Under the pieces are notes generated by a model that ran no database searches, was not told where the DNA came from, and saw nothing but the letters and a program-made list of their open reading frames with translations. The position numbers and the translations under genes are program-made. A stretch of 63,926 nt of DNA, filler included, from Octopus bimaculoides (Eukaryota), in assembly GCF_001194135.2 (NCBI RefSeq). It is 7 parts of 6 records of this genome, joined end to end, with 100 filler letters (N's around TTAATTAATTAA, not from the genome) between each part and the next. Parts side by side here need not be neighbours in the genome. Positions count along the whole stretch, not along the records: positions 1 to 31,621 come from NC_068985.1; positions 31,722 to 40,468 come from NC_068997.1; 5 more parts are not named here. One strand, 5' to 3'. Numbering within the stretch: the stretch's first letter is position 1; each line of letters starts with the position of its first letter. Below, in pieces: positions 25,891 through 38,171 of the stretch.

Positions 25891-26435
25891 GAGTGAGAGA
25901 GCAGTGCATGCCATCAAACTGACACTGGGGTACAAATATACGAAGCCCAATATACCCATCATGACTACGCGTCTGATAAGGGTACACCAGGCACATGCAT
26001 CACTACCACATGTGCGCGACATGGTGATCTCATATCAAGATAAACAGCGCATGACGTTACAGGTGGGGCACAATTAGAATTTTCTTCAGGTCGAGTAGCC
26101 CATCCCGTTCCAAAGGTCCCTGAATAAGGGTGGTTTAAGGATGTTGAACAAAACACACATGTTTCTATAGGTGAATTATCCAAACCCCTAATAATTCCTC
26201 TCAACACATGGCTATGATGCTCCTCCACAATTTCTGCTCATGATCAGAGATGCACATAACGTCAACCATTAAGGGACATGCTCAACTGGTTAAGGTCAAA
26301 CAACTGACAAGCAAAGGTTTGGTACTGCGCAGAATATTTGTTGTAGCCCATCTTTTATGCCAAACAAAACAATGTACATGATAACACTTCCATTCAATTA
26401 AGATGAGAAGCTATGAGAACCACTGCCTGGTACTG
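25862..26435 (-). mobile_element. ~540-bp non-coding retroposon with a microsatellite tail
   Basis: Reverse copy of the element at 53790-54290 (gatgggctacagcaaatattctg...gtacccttatcag...ctttgatggcatgc...ctcactcaa); tail here is (GAA)n. Confidence 0.8.
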
Positions 26436-26734
26436 CATCAGGACAATTTATTATTATCATTATTATTATTGTTGTTGTTGTTCAGGATTTAGCTTATTTT
26501 CCTGAAATTGGTGGTGGTGGGGGGATAGTCAATTCTTTTCTACTATAGACAAAAGTAGAAATACGTTACAAATTCGTTGTCTCGTTAAGAATAATTTCAG
26601 GCCTTGTGCCTATAGTAGAAAGGATTATGTAATGTATACGTGTGATTAACTTTTCAATATACGAAAGTGTACAAATCCCATTTATTACGAAATTATCTAC
26701 ATTTTCCAATTTGCCATCTCTTTTATCTTTTACA

Positions 26735-26982
26735 ATTTGTCTTATACTTGCTTTAGTCATTAGACTGCGGCTATGCTGGGGCACCGCCTTGAAGAATTTT
26801 AGTCGAACGAGTCGACCCCAGTACTTATTTTTTAAAGGCTGGTACTTATTCTATCGGTCTTCTTTTGTCGAACCGCTAGGTTACGGAACCGTAAAGACAC
26901 GAACATCGGTTCTCCAGTGGTTGTGGGGGAACAAACGCAGACACAAAGACAAACACGCGCGCACACACACACACAAACACAA

Positions 26983-27013
<31 letters not shown>

Positions 27014-27185
27014 CAGCAGGTTTCTTTCTTTCTTTCTATTTACCAAATCTACTCATAAGGCTTTAGTTGGGCCGAGGCTTTAGTTGGGTAGAAGAGAAAT
27101 ACTCAAGGTGCCGTGCAATGGGACCGAACCCAGAACCGTATGGTTGGGAAGCAAGCTTCTTAGCTACACAGTAACGCTTGCGCTT
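26735..27185 (-). mobile_element. SINE family A
   Basis: Full-length reverse copy. Confidence 0.8.
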
Positions 27186-27722
27186 ATTAAGGCCAATTTT
27201 TCTATAAATGAGCCACATTGGGACGACCTCGTTGATATGATTACTGAATGAGTCCTTTAATATAATGATTGAGCGCCTTGTGAAATAAAAGTTGGTGAGT
27301 TGAATCCCAGTCCGATGATGAATAGAGACTAAATCGTTGTTTAAAAAAGTCACCTAACAGCTACAAACAGCTTTCCATTAGCAATTAAAATATTCTATCC
27401 AATATATTTAAGTATATGAGATACAGATAAAATGGTTAAGCACGAAAGCGATAAAAGCCCACCTCGATGAGAGTGTTATGCGGATTTATTTTTTCAGCCT
27501 CGTTCGCTTTCATTGTTAAATACCATTAAATACTCACTCTTTTCGAAAGCCTAGAGATTCAAATGAAAATGTATAACATTTATTCCCATAAAGCCCAGTG
27601 CAATCAATCATATTTTGTAAAATAGCTATTCTCAGCTTTATTTTCTTCTTGAAGTAAGATGTAAAGTGTTTTCCTGGAAAAATGTGCTCACTACTCTCGG
27701 ACATTTTGAAAGGAGGTTTTAC

Positions 27723-27791
27723 TTTGCAATTTCCACAAACCCATGTGCCATTTCCGGCATCCTCAGCTGAATAGAAAATAGTGGTAGGATT
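27723..27791 (-). CDS. Exon 11; NPTTIFYSAEDAGNGTWVCGNCK, phase 0 to 0
   Basis: Strong acceptor cctttttcatctgtcag, donor AAA|gtaaaa (alternative donor GTA|gtgagc would start the exon at 27692). Unique sequence amid repeats. Confidence 0.65.
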
Positions 27792-27857
27792 CTGACAGAT
27801 GAAAAAGGCTAAATTCAGAATCGACTTACATATTAATGCAATATTAGCAGAACTTTG

Positions 27858-28185
27858 AAGCGGCGAGCTGGCAGAAACGTTATCACGCCGGATGAAATGC
27901 TTAGCAGCATTTCGTCTGTTTACGTTCTGAGTTCAAATTCCACCGAGGTCAACTTTGCCTTTCATCCTTTCCGAGTCGATAAATTAAGTACCAGTTGCGT
28001 ACAGAGGTCGATCTAATCGACTGGCCCCCTCCACCAAAATTTCGGGCCTTGTGCCTAGAGTAGTAAAGTTTATTTAACACAAGAACGGCGGCGAGCTGGC
28101 AGAAACGTTAGCACGCCCGGCGAAATGACTAGCGATATTTCGTCTGTCGTTATGTACTGAGTTCAAATTCCGCCAAAGTCAACGT
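27858..28185 (+). mobile_element. SINE family B, full copy plus a second head
   Basis: Two ggcgagctggcagaaacgtta heads in tandem. Confidence 0.85.
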
Positions 28186-29484
28186 TTCTACCAGGTCACC
28201 GCCTTAGAAGCAATATGCGATGACATCTTCCGAAAATAAAGTTGTCCTGGAATAAACATTGAATACAGGTAGTAATCCGCTACTCACAAAAATCTTCCCA
28301 GGAATAAGACTGGATCTGAGCCAAACCAAAATAATAATAGCCGGTTTCTAACCTAGATCGAAGGCTCCTTCACTGGAATTTCAATATCAACAACAGGGTA
28401 TTTTTGTACGTATGTTTTGCTTTATGTATGTATTCTCATGCATATAGTTGCATATCTAGACATACTCATATATATTTAAATGATAAACTTCTGGAAAGTT
28501 TTACAGATTTTTACAGTTCCAGTGATAGAAGTCTTCGAATGAGCTTTCTCCTTTCTGGTTTTGAAAAGCCTAATTTCTCAAGATTGGTATTTAGGCTGTG
28601 TGTTACATATTCCAGGGCCCCAATAACTACAGGTATAAACCTGTACTTATGTATGTATGTATTTTTGTATGCATATATGCACAACAGGTAAGTTTGAATG
28701 TGTGTGTCGGTGTGCATGTATAAACATACCCTAGTCCGGGCATATGTGTATTCGTAGTGAATAACCTTGAAGATTTTTGCTTGTGTACATGTGTCTATAT
28801 TATTGTAACTATGTGTGTATGTATGTCTGTGAGCGTATGTATCTGCATGTGTGTTTCTGTGTGTGTGTGCGTGCGTGTGTGTTTGTGTATTTGTGTAGTG
28901 GGCAAGCTTTAATACATGTAAACCAATACCGAATGACAGCAAGAAGCGAGCGGAGATATTCATCCTAAGATTAAATTTTTCCCTTTATTTTAAACAGACG
29001 TCAAATCCCTGTTATTTTGACATTTGCATCGACCATTAACAAATTGCAATATTTTTTCACTTATTTTATAATCATTTCCAATACATTTACCGTAAATCTG
29101 TTTGATACCATTATTGAGGTCACCCATCTATCTGTCTGTCTGTCTATTTATCTATCTATATATCTGGCTGTCTGTCTGCTTATTTGTGGCTGTCTTTCTT
29201 TCTGCCTGTCTGCTCTCTCCCTCTCGCCCTCCCTATTTATCTTTCTGTTTATCTATCTGTCTATCTATATATCTGTCTGTCTGCTTATTTGTGTCTGTCT
29301 ACTCTCTCTCACTCCCTCTATTATCTGTCTGTCTGTCTGTCTGTCTGTTTATCTATCTATCTATTTATCTATCTATCTATCTCTCTATCTACCTACCTAT
29401 CTACCCATGCTTCTTTTTTAAGCATTTCGCCCGGCGTGCTAGCATTTCTGCCAGCTCACCGCCTTATGAAAGATATATATTATA

Positions 29485-30305
29485 GGCGTAGGAGCGGCTG
29501 TGTGGTAAGTAGCTTGCTTACCAACCACATGGTTCCGGGTTAAATCCCACTGCATGGTACCTTGGACAAGTGTCTTCTACTATAACCTCGGGCCAATAAA
29601 GCCTTGTGAGTGGATTTGGTAGAAGGAAACTGAAAGAAGTTTGTCGAATATATATATATATATATTTATATATATGTTTGAGTGAGTCTGTGTTTGTCCC
29701 CCCCAACATCTCTAGACAACCGATGTTAGTGTGCTTACGTCCCCATAAACTTAGCGGTTTGGCAAAAGAGACCGCTAGAATAAGTACTAAGCTTACAAAG
29801 AATAAGTGCTGGGGTTGATTTGATCGACTAAAAGGCGGTGCTCCAGCATGGCTGCAGTCAAATGACTGAAACGAATAAAAGAATTAAAAAAATGCATTTA
29901 CACACGATACTGCGAGCTGGCAGAAACGTTAGCATGCCGGACGAAATGCTTAGCGGTATTTCGTCTGCTGCTACGTTCTGAGTTCAAGTTCCGCCGAGGT
30001 CGACTTTGCCGAATAAATAAGTACCAGTTACGCACTGGGGTCGATAGAATAGACTTAATCCGTTTGTCTGTCCTTATTTGTCTCCTCTGTGTGTAGCTCC
30101 TTGTGGGCAGTAAAGAAATAAGAAACGTAGGCACGCCGGGCGAAATGCCAAGCGGTATGTCGTCTGCCTTTACGTTCTGAGCTCGACTTCGCCTTTTATC
30201 CTTTCGGGGTCGATAAATTAAGTACCAGTTGCGTACTGGAGTCGATCTAATCGACTGGTCCCCTCCCACAAAATTTTGGGCCTTGTGCCTAGAGTAGAAA
30301 AGAAT
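29485..30305 (+). mobile_element. SINE family A followed by a composite family B (tail 2 copy then tail 1 copy)
   Basis: Family A at 29485-29885; family B at 29912-30305. Confidence 0.8.
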
Positions 30306-30674
30306 ATATATACACACGAACATAGAAACTTGACTATAAATACATCCATTCCCGCGCACACGCTCGTCTTAGCTACTGCTATGCAGTCAGAGCGTCTACG
30401 GTGCAGGCATCAGCTGTGTTAAGTACTATTTACTGAGTGAATTTCACGTCTTATCCTTAACACGCCGTTTCTTCAAATTCTAATTAACTCAAATATGTTC
30501 TTCTTTCGACATTAGGTTTATTTCGGCGTGCTATTATTTCTTATATGTTCGTCACATTTGGAATAAATCGGGGGCGAAAAATACACACGCGCGCACATGT
30601 ATACATATACATGGACATATATATATATACATACACATACAGGTATGAATACATATACATATGTACACTACGTA

Positions 30675-30870
30675 TATCGTACTTCCTATATAGAACTTAT
30701 TTGGATTGTCCTCATCCCTAATAACGCATTTATATATTACATTGGTGCTCAGACAGAACCCGTCAAGAGGACATAATTGAGGGTTCCTACAATTACAAAA
30801 TTTATCTGGGCCACCCTTAATCTTATTTCGATTACCAGCAACAGTCCTTGTTAGGTTTCCCACATCCACA
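30675..30870 (-). mobile_element. Penelope-like GIY-YIG endonuclease fragment
   Basis: CNCRNPQLCPLDGFCLSTNVIYKCVIRDEDNPNKFYIGST contains CNCR/CPLxGxC plus the IY...YIG signature. Confidence 0.85.
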
Positions 30871-31077
30871 TTTTCACTTCTCCCATTACCAGGGTTCGAT
30901 ACAACAGGAGGGAGCGAAGAGCTGGTCGCACTAGTCTTGTGTGTATTATACCCAATCTTCCCAAAGCCGGGGTTTCCANNNNNNNNNNNNNNNNNNNNNN
31001 NNNNNNNNNNNNNNNNNNNNNNNNNNNNNNNNNNNNNNNNNNNNNNNNNNNNNNNNNNNNNNNNNNNNNNNNNNNNN

Positions 31078-31150
31078 NAGTCCTTCCAGTATTTTCCATA
31101 TGTATATTATTACATATCTCTCCCGCAAAAACAATTTTATATTAAATTGA
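31078..31150 (-). mobile_element. CR1/L2-like LINE fragment
   Basis: LRERYVIIYIWKILEG matches the RRERYxIIYxWKILEG C-terminal motif. Confidence 0.6.
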
Positions 31151-31324
31151 AGAATTAATCAATGCTCTCTGTAGAATAATACATTGTTATTATTCTTTAA
31201 AAAGGATGCTGTTCATAACGGCTTCGAAATTTCAGCCTATTAAGCCATCGTTGAACTGTCTACGATGAAGGATCAGCAGACCGAGACTTCGAAGTCACTA
31301 CCATCACTATTTTTGTAAAAGAAC

Positions 31325-31360
<36 letters not shown>

Positions 31361-31578
31361 CTGACTAACATGTTCGCATAGATGTGTCTATGTATATAAA
31401 GACAGTACGTGTTAGAAGTAGTAGGAGTTGGTGGGTGAGAACAGCAATGGCGATCACGCTAACGATGACGCTGATGGTGATGACGGTAAATATTCATGAA
31501 TTGTTGGAGAGGAACGCAAGTAGTACGAAAGGAAAAAAACAGAAAAATCAAATTATCAACGATGTGTATGTATGTATG

Positions 31579-31621
<43 letters not shown>

Positions 31622-31721
31622 NNNNNNNNNNNNNNNNNNNNNNNNNNNNNNNNNNNNNNNNNNNNTTAATTAATTAANNNNNNNNNNNNNNNNNNNNNNN
31701 NNNNNNNNNNNNNNNNNNNNN
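31622..31721. other. Artificial scaffold linker N44-TTAATTAATTAA-N44 (cores also at 40513, 45965, 58909, 60467, 62480)
   Basis: Identical 12-mer with stops in all six frames, centred in 100-nt spacers. Confidence 0.95.
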
Positions 31722-31892
31722 GCACAGCACACATTCTACGCAAAACACTTTCAATACAGTAACCATAAGAGCACCACAGCACATACCCAAGGCGCACAGA
31801 GCTGCGCTCGGTAGTGAAGTGAAAGCACGTTATAAAAATAAAACTACTGAACAATAATAATAATAATAATAATAATGATAATAATAATAATA
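31722..31892 (+). mobile_element. R4/Dong-like 3' end with (TAA)n tail
   Basis: TAHILRKTLSIQ*, a ~100-nt UTR and then (TAA)n. Confidence 0.75.
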
Positions 31893-32105
31893 TTTCTAAG
31901 TCTCTCTAAAGGAGACTACGGCAGCGGTACTGGATATTAATAGTTAGCACCAAGCTAACATGACAGTCCAGGAAAATAGGACGAATGCTGCCGTTGATTA
32001 GCTCCAAGAGGCCATCACTTCTAGCTAGCTATGTGACACACGAACTTGTGTCCATTATAACCTTCGAACAGGGGAGGTCAGCAGCTTCCCCTTGCTGGTT
32101 TGACA

Positions 32106-32148
32106 TCCACAGACTAGTTTCGGGGTAGTTTCCCCTTATCAATGTGGA
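32106..32148 (-). ncRNA. Minimal type I hammerhead-ribozyme motif with two core substitutions
   Basis: tccaca-TTGATAA-gggg aaacta cccc-GAAAC TA GTC-tgtgga: perfect 6-bp helix I, 4-bp helix II, palindromic ACTAGT helix III and GTC cleavage triplet. Confidence 0.7.
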
Positions 32149-32381
32149 GTAGCCGAACCCAGCAGGCGTCGCTGCTGACGAGATGTGGATGTCTTGCAAA
32201 CCAAATCCAAAAACGAAATATATATATATATATGGGAGAATGTACGAAAAAACAACAACAGACGAGGACAGGTGGTGTAAATAACAAAAAGATATATATA
32301 TATATATATACGATTGTGTGTTCATTTGTATGCACAAAAACATACACCAGGTTAAAATACTACATAATTTACATATGATAC

Positions 32382-32497
32382 CATTAATGAATCGTAGTTG
32401 TAATTTCCTAATAGGCTATAGCCTTTCCGATTTTGTGAAGCTTCAGTAAGGCAGTCAGTGGCATAACCCAAGAGCTCCGCTAATGACAGGCATAAAT
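32382..32497 (-). CDS. Exon 10; LCLSLAELLGYATDCLTEASQNRKGYSLLGNYNYDSLM, phase 1 to 0
   Basis: Acceptor gtattactttag, donor ATG|gtatca (an in-frame alternative donor 9 nt further on would start the exon at 32373). Lies inside the ORF-track entry 32352..32570. Confidence 0.55.
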
Positions 32498-32609
32498 CTA
32501 AAGTAATACTTCGAACGTAGTATCTGCAATATCTCTTTAATTCGGTATAAGTATATTCTTTTCCTTTCATTTGGAATATTATGTTAACGTAAAATGAAAA
32601 ATTGATTAT

Positions 32610-33020
32610 AAGGCGCAGGCGTAGCTATATGGTAAGAAGTTTGCTTCCCAACCACATGGCTCCGGATTCAATTCCATAGCGTGACACCTTGGGCAAGTGT
32701 CTTCTGCTATAGCCTCGGGCCAACCAAAGCCTTGTGAGTGGATTTGGTAGACGGAAACTGATGGAAGCCCGTCATATATATATATGTATATAAATATATG
32801 TATGCATGTATGTGTGCATGTACCTGTGTGTCTGTATTTGTCCCCGCGCCCCACCATCGCTTGACAATCGTTGTGTTTACGTCCCCGTAACTTAGCTGTT
32901 CGGTAAAAGAGACCAATAGAATAAGTGCTAGGCTTACAAAGAATAAGTCCTAGGGTCGATTTGTTCGACTAAAAGCAGCGCTCCAGCATGGCCACCATCA
33001 ATTGACTGAAACAAGTAATA
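32610..33020 (+). mobile_element. SINE family A
   Basis: Full-length copy. Others at about 34815, 36450-36845 and 44425-44990 (minus, tandem), with fragments at 16490, 20385, 46330, 47190 and 56380. Confidence 0.85.
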
Positions 33021-33914
33021 TATATATNNNNNNNNNNNNNNNNNNNNNNNNNNNNNNNNNNNNNNNNNNNNNNNNNNNNNNNNNNNNNNNNNNNNNNNNN
33101 NNNNNNNNNNNNNNNNNNNNNNNNNNNNNNNNNNNNNNNNNNNNNNNNNNNNNNNNNNNNNNNNNNNNNNNNNNNNNNNNNNNNNNNNNNNNNNNNNNNN
33201 NNNNNNNNNNNNNNNNNNNNNNNNNNNNNNNNNNNNNNNNNNNNNNNNNNNNNNNNNNNNNNNNNNNNNNNNNNNNNNNNNNNNNNNNNNNNNNNNNNNN
33301 NNNNNNNNNNNNNNNNNNNNNNNNNNNNNNNNNNNNNNNNNNNNNNNNNNNNNNNNNNNNNNNNNNNNNNNNNNNNNNNNNNNNNNNNNNNNNNNNNNNN
33401 NNNNNNNNNNNNNNNNNNNNNNNNNNNNNNNNNNNNNNNNNNNNNNNNNNNNNNNNNNNNNNNNNNNNNNNNNNNNNNNNNNNNNNNNNNNNNNNNNNNN
33501 NNNNNNNNNNNNNNNNNNNNNNNNNNNNNNNNNNNNNNNNNNNNNNNNNNNNNNNNNNNNNNNNNNNNNNNNNNNNNNNNNNNNNNNNNNNNNNNNNNNN
33601 NNNNNNNNNNNNNNNNNNNNNNNNNNNNNNNNNNNNNNNNNNNNNNNNNNNNNNNNNNNNNNNNNNNNNNNNNNNNNNNNNNNNNNNNNNNNNNNNNNNN
33701 NNNNNNNNNNNNNNNNNNNNNNNNNNNNNNNNNNNNNNNNNNNNNNNNNNNNNNNNNNNNNNNNNNNNNNNNNNNNNNNNNNNNNNNNNNNNNNNNNNNN
33801 NNNNNNNNNNNNNNNNNNNNNNNNNNNNNNNNNNNNNNNNNNNNNNNNNNNNNNNNNNNNNNNNNNNNNNNNNNNNNNNNNNNNNNNNNNNNNNNNNNNN
33901 NNNNNNNNNNNNNN

Positions 33915-33948
<34 letters not shown>

Positions 33949-34418
33949 ACACATACAATCACGTATACTACTATAAGCATACATATATTTGAGTGTGTGT
34001 ATATATCTCTGTGTGAATGCATACATGTGTGGTACGTTTGTGTGAGTGTGTATGTGTGTGTGCGTGCGCGCCCCTGTTTGTCTATCAATAGATCTGTCTG
34101 ATCATCTATCTACCTGCCTATGAATCTATTCATCAAAAAAGTCTGACTGCGTGCTTGCCTCAAGAATTTGTCAATACATCTACCAATTTGATCTAGCAAT
34201 TGATCAGATTTCAGAGACATTCTCTCTCTCCCACTCTCCCTCACTCTCACTCTCTCTTACTCTCTCTCTCTCTCTTTCTCTCCCTCTCTCTCACTCTCTC
34301 TCTCTCTCACTCTCTCATACATACACTCGAGCCCACTTGCATTTACATACATCGCTCAGTTTCACTCCACTCCTATACATTTCAAACTAAGTCAGAACAG
34401 TGTAAAAGTGCACCATAC

Positions 34419-34462
34419 CTGCACCATCTCCAGAGGTGAGTTCTAGTTCGATTTGTCTGTTT
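34419..34462 (-). CDS. Exon 9; NRQIELELTSGDGA(D), phase 2 to 1
   Basis: Acceptor atctgggttacag, donor CAG|gtatgg. A second frame is also open, so the reading is ambiguous. Confidence 0.55.
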
Positions 34463-34988
34463 CTGTAACCCAGATACATAGACATTTTGCACATTATTAC
34501 AAACACATATACACGTACACAAATAAACATACACAACTGCACATACATTATATGCAGAGAGAATTCAAGTACAAATATACTAACGAGAACAGTAAATATG
34601 AACAACAGAAAAAGGAGAAATGTGAGTATATAACTGTTCAGATGCAGTTACATATGTAAACATACAGGAATGATATTATATTTATAGGATATGATATTTT
34701 AAACTATAAGCACAGCTATTAAAAAAATACTCGAATGAAGTAGTACAAGTAATAGATAAAATAACATCAACATATAGGTATCGAAACGTGTACAGATGAC
34801 TAATATAAACATATAGACAGGCGTGGCTGTGTGGTAAGAAGCTTGCTTCCCAGCCACATGGTTCTGGGTTCAGTCCCATTGCGTGGCACCTTGGGCAAGT
34901 GTCTTCTACTATAGTTTCGGGCCGACCAAAGTCTTGTGAGTGTATTTGGTAGACGGAAACTGAAAGAAACCCGTCGAATATATGGATA

Positions 34989-35019
<31 letters not shown>

Positions 35020-35353
35020 NNNNNNNNNNNNNNNNNNNNNNNNNNNNNNNNNNNNNNNNNNNNNNNNNNNNNNNNNNNNNNNNNNNNNNNNNNNNNNNNN
35101 NNNNNNNNNNNNNNNNNNNNNNNNNNNNNNNNNNNNNNNNNNNNNNNNNNNNNNNNNNNNNNNNNNNNNNNNNNNNNNNNNNNNNNNNNNNNNNNNNNNN
35201 NNNNNNNNNNNNNNNNNNNNNNNNNNNNNNNNNNNNNNNNNNNNNNNNNNNNNNNNNNNNNNNNNNNNNNNNNNNNNNNNNNNNNNNNNNNNNNNNNNNN
35301 NNNNNNNNNNNNNNNNNNNNNNNNNNNNNNNNNNNNNNNNNNNNNNNNNNNNN

Positions 35354-35396
<43 letters not shown>

Positions 35397-35679
35397 TTAC
35401 AATCAAGGATAAAATCTATTTATATTCATATAATTATATATTTTATATATATATACTATACATGGTATGTAAACAAACTAACTAGAAAATCTCTATAAGT
35501 GATGAAAGTAGTAACTATACTAAGAATTAATGTTTATCGCCACTTCAACATGGCTGTTCCGTTACTACCGTTTTTAATCCCAGAAATTTATTAACTAGCT
35601 TGTTAGGCTTGCATCTTGCAAGATCGGTGACTGGTTGTTACTTATTTTTCTATATATTGTGAGCTGGAGCGAACTACTG

Positions 35680-35985
35680 CTATCTCTAGCGGACGGGTGT
35701 CCACCACTGAGGATGAGACACCTGAACTGTGCTGCAGTGGTGGAAAGGTTAAAATCCCTGCAATCCTCCAACCTCCAGAGCCATTGAAGAAATTGTTGTC
35801 ATCAACTGACCAAGGTTCCAAGCACTTCTAAAACAACATAGACAATACAACGCTGCAATACAGATGACATCATTTGGAGCCACAAGAGCTGTAACTGAGC
35901 CAGGATTCATGCAAACTTTCAAGATCCAAGGTCAGATTTATCATCGGATTGGCTCTCTACTACCTCTATCAAATGTATTACCAAA
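35680..35985 (+). mobile_element. Helitron Rep/helicase N-terminal fragment
   Basis: ETPELCCSGGKVKIP...PPEPLKKLL...SKHF...YNAAIQMTSFGA...GFMQTFKIQGQIYHRIGSLLP, a characteristic Helitron motif string with a stop/frameshift. Confidence 0.85.
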
Positions 35986-36293
35986 ATCTGCATTTCATTG
36001 TTTATAATTTGTACCTGTTTTTTGGTTACGAAATAAGCTACACCAAACGTGTTTTTGAATTACGTGTATTTACTTTATATACATTTATGAGTTGAAAACT
36101 TTCTTTTAACATATATATATATATATATACGTGTATATAAGTATAAACAAACTAACATTTGTTTTCCATAAGCGTTCAAATGTTTATATATATGTACATA
36201 TATATATGCACATATGTATGTGTGTAAATATACATATGTGTGTATGTATTATATATACATACATATATATACATACACAAACTCACACGCGTG

Positions 36294-36333
<40 letters not shown>

Positions 36334-37259
36334 ACACATATGTATGTGCATGTGTGTGTGCACGCGCTGAACTTTAGGTGAATTAAATATGTTTGTGACA
36401 TATTTCTTCTTCTTAAGACAACTCCACAGCAAAAAGGTCTGAAAAAAACCTACCAACCACATGGTTCCGGGTTCAGTTCCACTGCATGGCACCTTGGGCA
36501 AGTGTCTTCTACTATAGCCTCGGGCTGACCCTGTGAGTGAATTTGGTAGACGGAAACTGAAAGAAGCCCGTCGTATATATGTATATATACGTATATGTGT
36601 GTATATATGTTTGTGTGTCTGTGTTTGTCCCCCCAACACCGATACTGGTGTGTTTACGTCCCCGTAACTTAGCGGTTCGGCAAAAGAAACTGATATAATA
36701 AGCACTAGGCTTACAAAGAATGAATCCTGNNNNNNNNNNGATATAATAAGCACTAGGCTTACAAAGAATGAATCCTGGGGTCGAGTTGCTCGACTAAAGC
36801 ATGGCAGCATGGCCCCAGTCGAATGACTGAAACAAGTAAAAAAAAAATATCTGCTGATATATATATATACATATATAGATATATACATATATACAAAATC
36901 ACACACATATGTATATATACATACATATATACATACATACATACATACANNNNNNNNNNNNNNNNNNNNNNNNNNNNNNNNNNNNNNNNNNNNNNNNNNN
37001 NNNNNNNNNNNNNNNNNNNNNNNNNNNNNNNNNNNNNNNNNNNNNNNNNGTATATATACATATATACAGTGAAGCTTTACTATAGCGTCGTATATTATCA
37101 ACTGCTATTTCCAGTAAATATTGGTGCATTTTTGTACCACTATCCTTTATTTGTGTGTGTGAGTGTGTGTGTGTGCAATTCTAGTTCCATTATAGGTAGG
37201 GTCAGCAAAAAATAACTCCATTCAGTGAGAGATAAATATTATTTAATATAAGCAATTAC

Positions 37260-37299
37260 AAAAGAACTACTAATAGTTTGGCAGCTTTATGTAACGTGT
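37260..37299 (-). CDS. Exon 8 (tentative); (N)TLHKAAKLLVVL(L), phase 1 to 2
   Basis: Long pyrimidine acceptor ttttcttatgttttctcatag, weaker donor TTT|gtaatt. Supplies the phase needed between exons 7 and 9. Confidence 0.5.
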
Positions 37300-37329
37300 C
37301 TATGAGAAAACATAAGAAAAAAATGAGAA

Positions 37330-37960
37330 GAAATACGAAAAAGGTTGATGAAAAAGCGAAACGAGAATATTCTTCATACTGGAGCAGTAACTATACGAAA
37401 TTTTTATGGAGAGTCTATTAAAAATCTTCCTGTATTTATGGTTTACTGGGAAATTCTTATTTAATAATGCCAGAAATTTCTTGGCTGTGTTTTGATATTC
37501 ATGGATAACGTGGGAGAGTTGAATTATATTATTTTCCTTGGTCTGGTGTTAGTCTTGATATTTTTAACTGAAGGGTAAGATGACATCTTATCTTTGAAGC
37601 CGCTGTTGGCAAGGTCATTGTTATAGTAGGAGGAAGAGTTATCAAAAATTTCCTTTGACAAGGACAGATTAGATATCCTATTACTGATATTGGCTATTAG
37701 GGTTTTAAATGCTATGAGGGGTGGCAGGAATGTTTATGTATATATGTGAGCTTCTCATTCGGTTTATCGTAGGGTTTCTAAGAGAGTGAGCTTAAGTCTA
37801 TGGAATCATCTAAGAAATCAATTTTGGACAAATTAGTAAATACAGTAATTTTGAGGCATAACTAACTAAAGGTATATATGAGTTTTTTCTTAAATTCATC
37901 TAGTGCATGTCCAACACAGTCATAAGATATGCCCAAATCATCCGATAAAAACTGAGAACA
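37330..37960 (-). mobile_element. Penelope-like RT remnant inside intron 7
   Basis: Degenerate YRDD region, EIFDNSSSYYNNDLANSGFKD, and KISYS motifs. Confidence 0.6.
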
Positions 37961-38106
37961 ACAAAACTGATTAATCTGCAAGGATAATTACGTAGTTTTG
38001 CAGCCAACGCTTCTTTGGAATCCAGTGTTGTGAAACACACATGTATATGTGTGTTTATATGAACAAACGTATATTAAATACTGTAAAAGACAAATTCTTG
38101 ACTTAC

Positions 38107-38171
38107 TGGCATTATCTTCCCTTCGAGAGAAAATTAGAATGGATTGATTCCAAATGAGAAGAGGAGATAAC
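38107..38171 (-). CDS. Exon 7; LSPLLIWNQSILIFSRREDNA, phase 2 to 1
   Basis: Acceptor ttcttgactctctag, consensus donor CCA|gtaagt, one open frame. Confidence 0.72.

Noticed and set aside
27792-27808. Upstream acceptor extending exon 11 (FFICQ) and joining it directly to exon 7
   Set aside because: It is in frame, but it would place a textbook pyrimidine tract inside the exon. Exons 8-10 supply the needed phases with the stronger acceptor. It is not formally excluded.
36690-36780. Tandem 40-bp duplication inside a SINE
   Set aside because: The copies sit on either side of a 9-N gap (the same happens at about 44690), which indicates an unmerged contig overlap.
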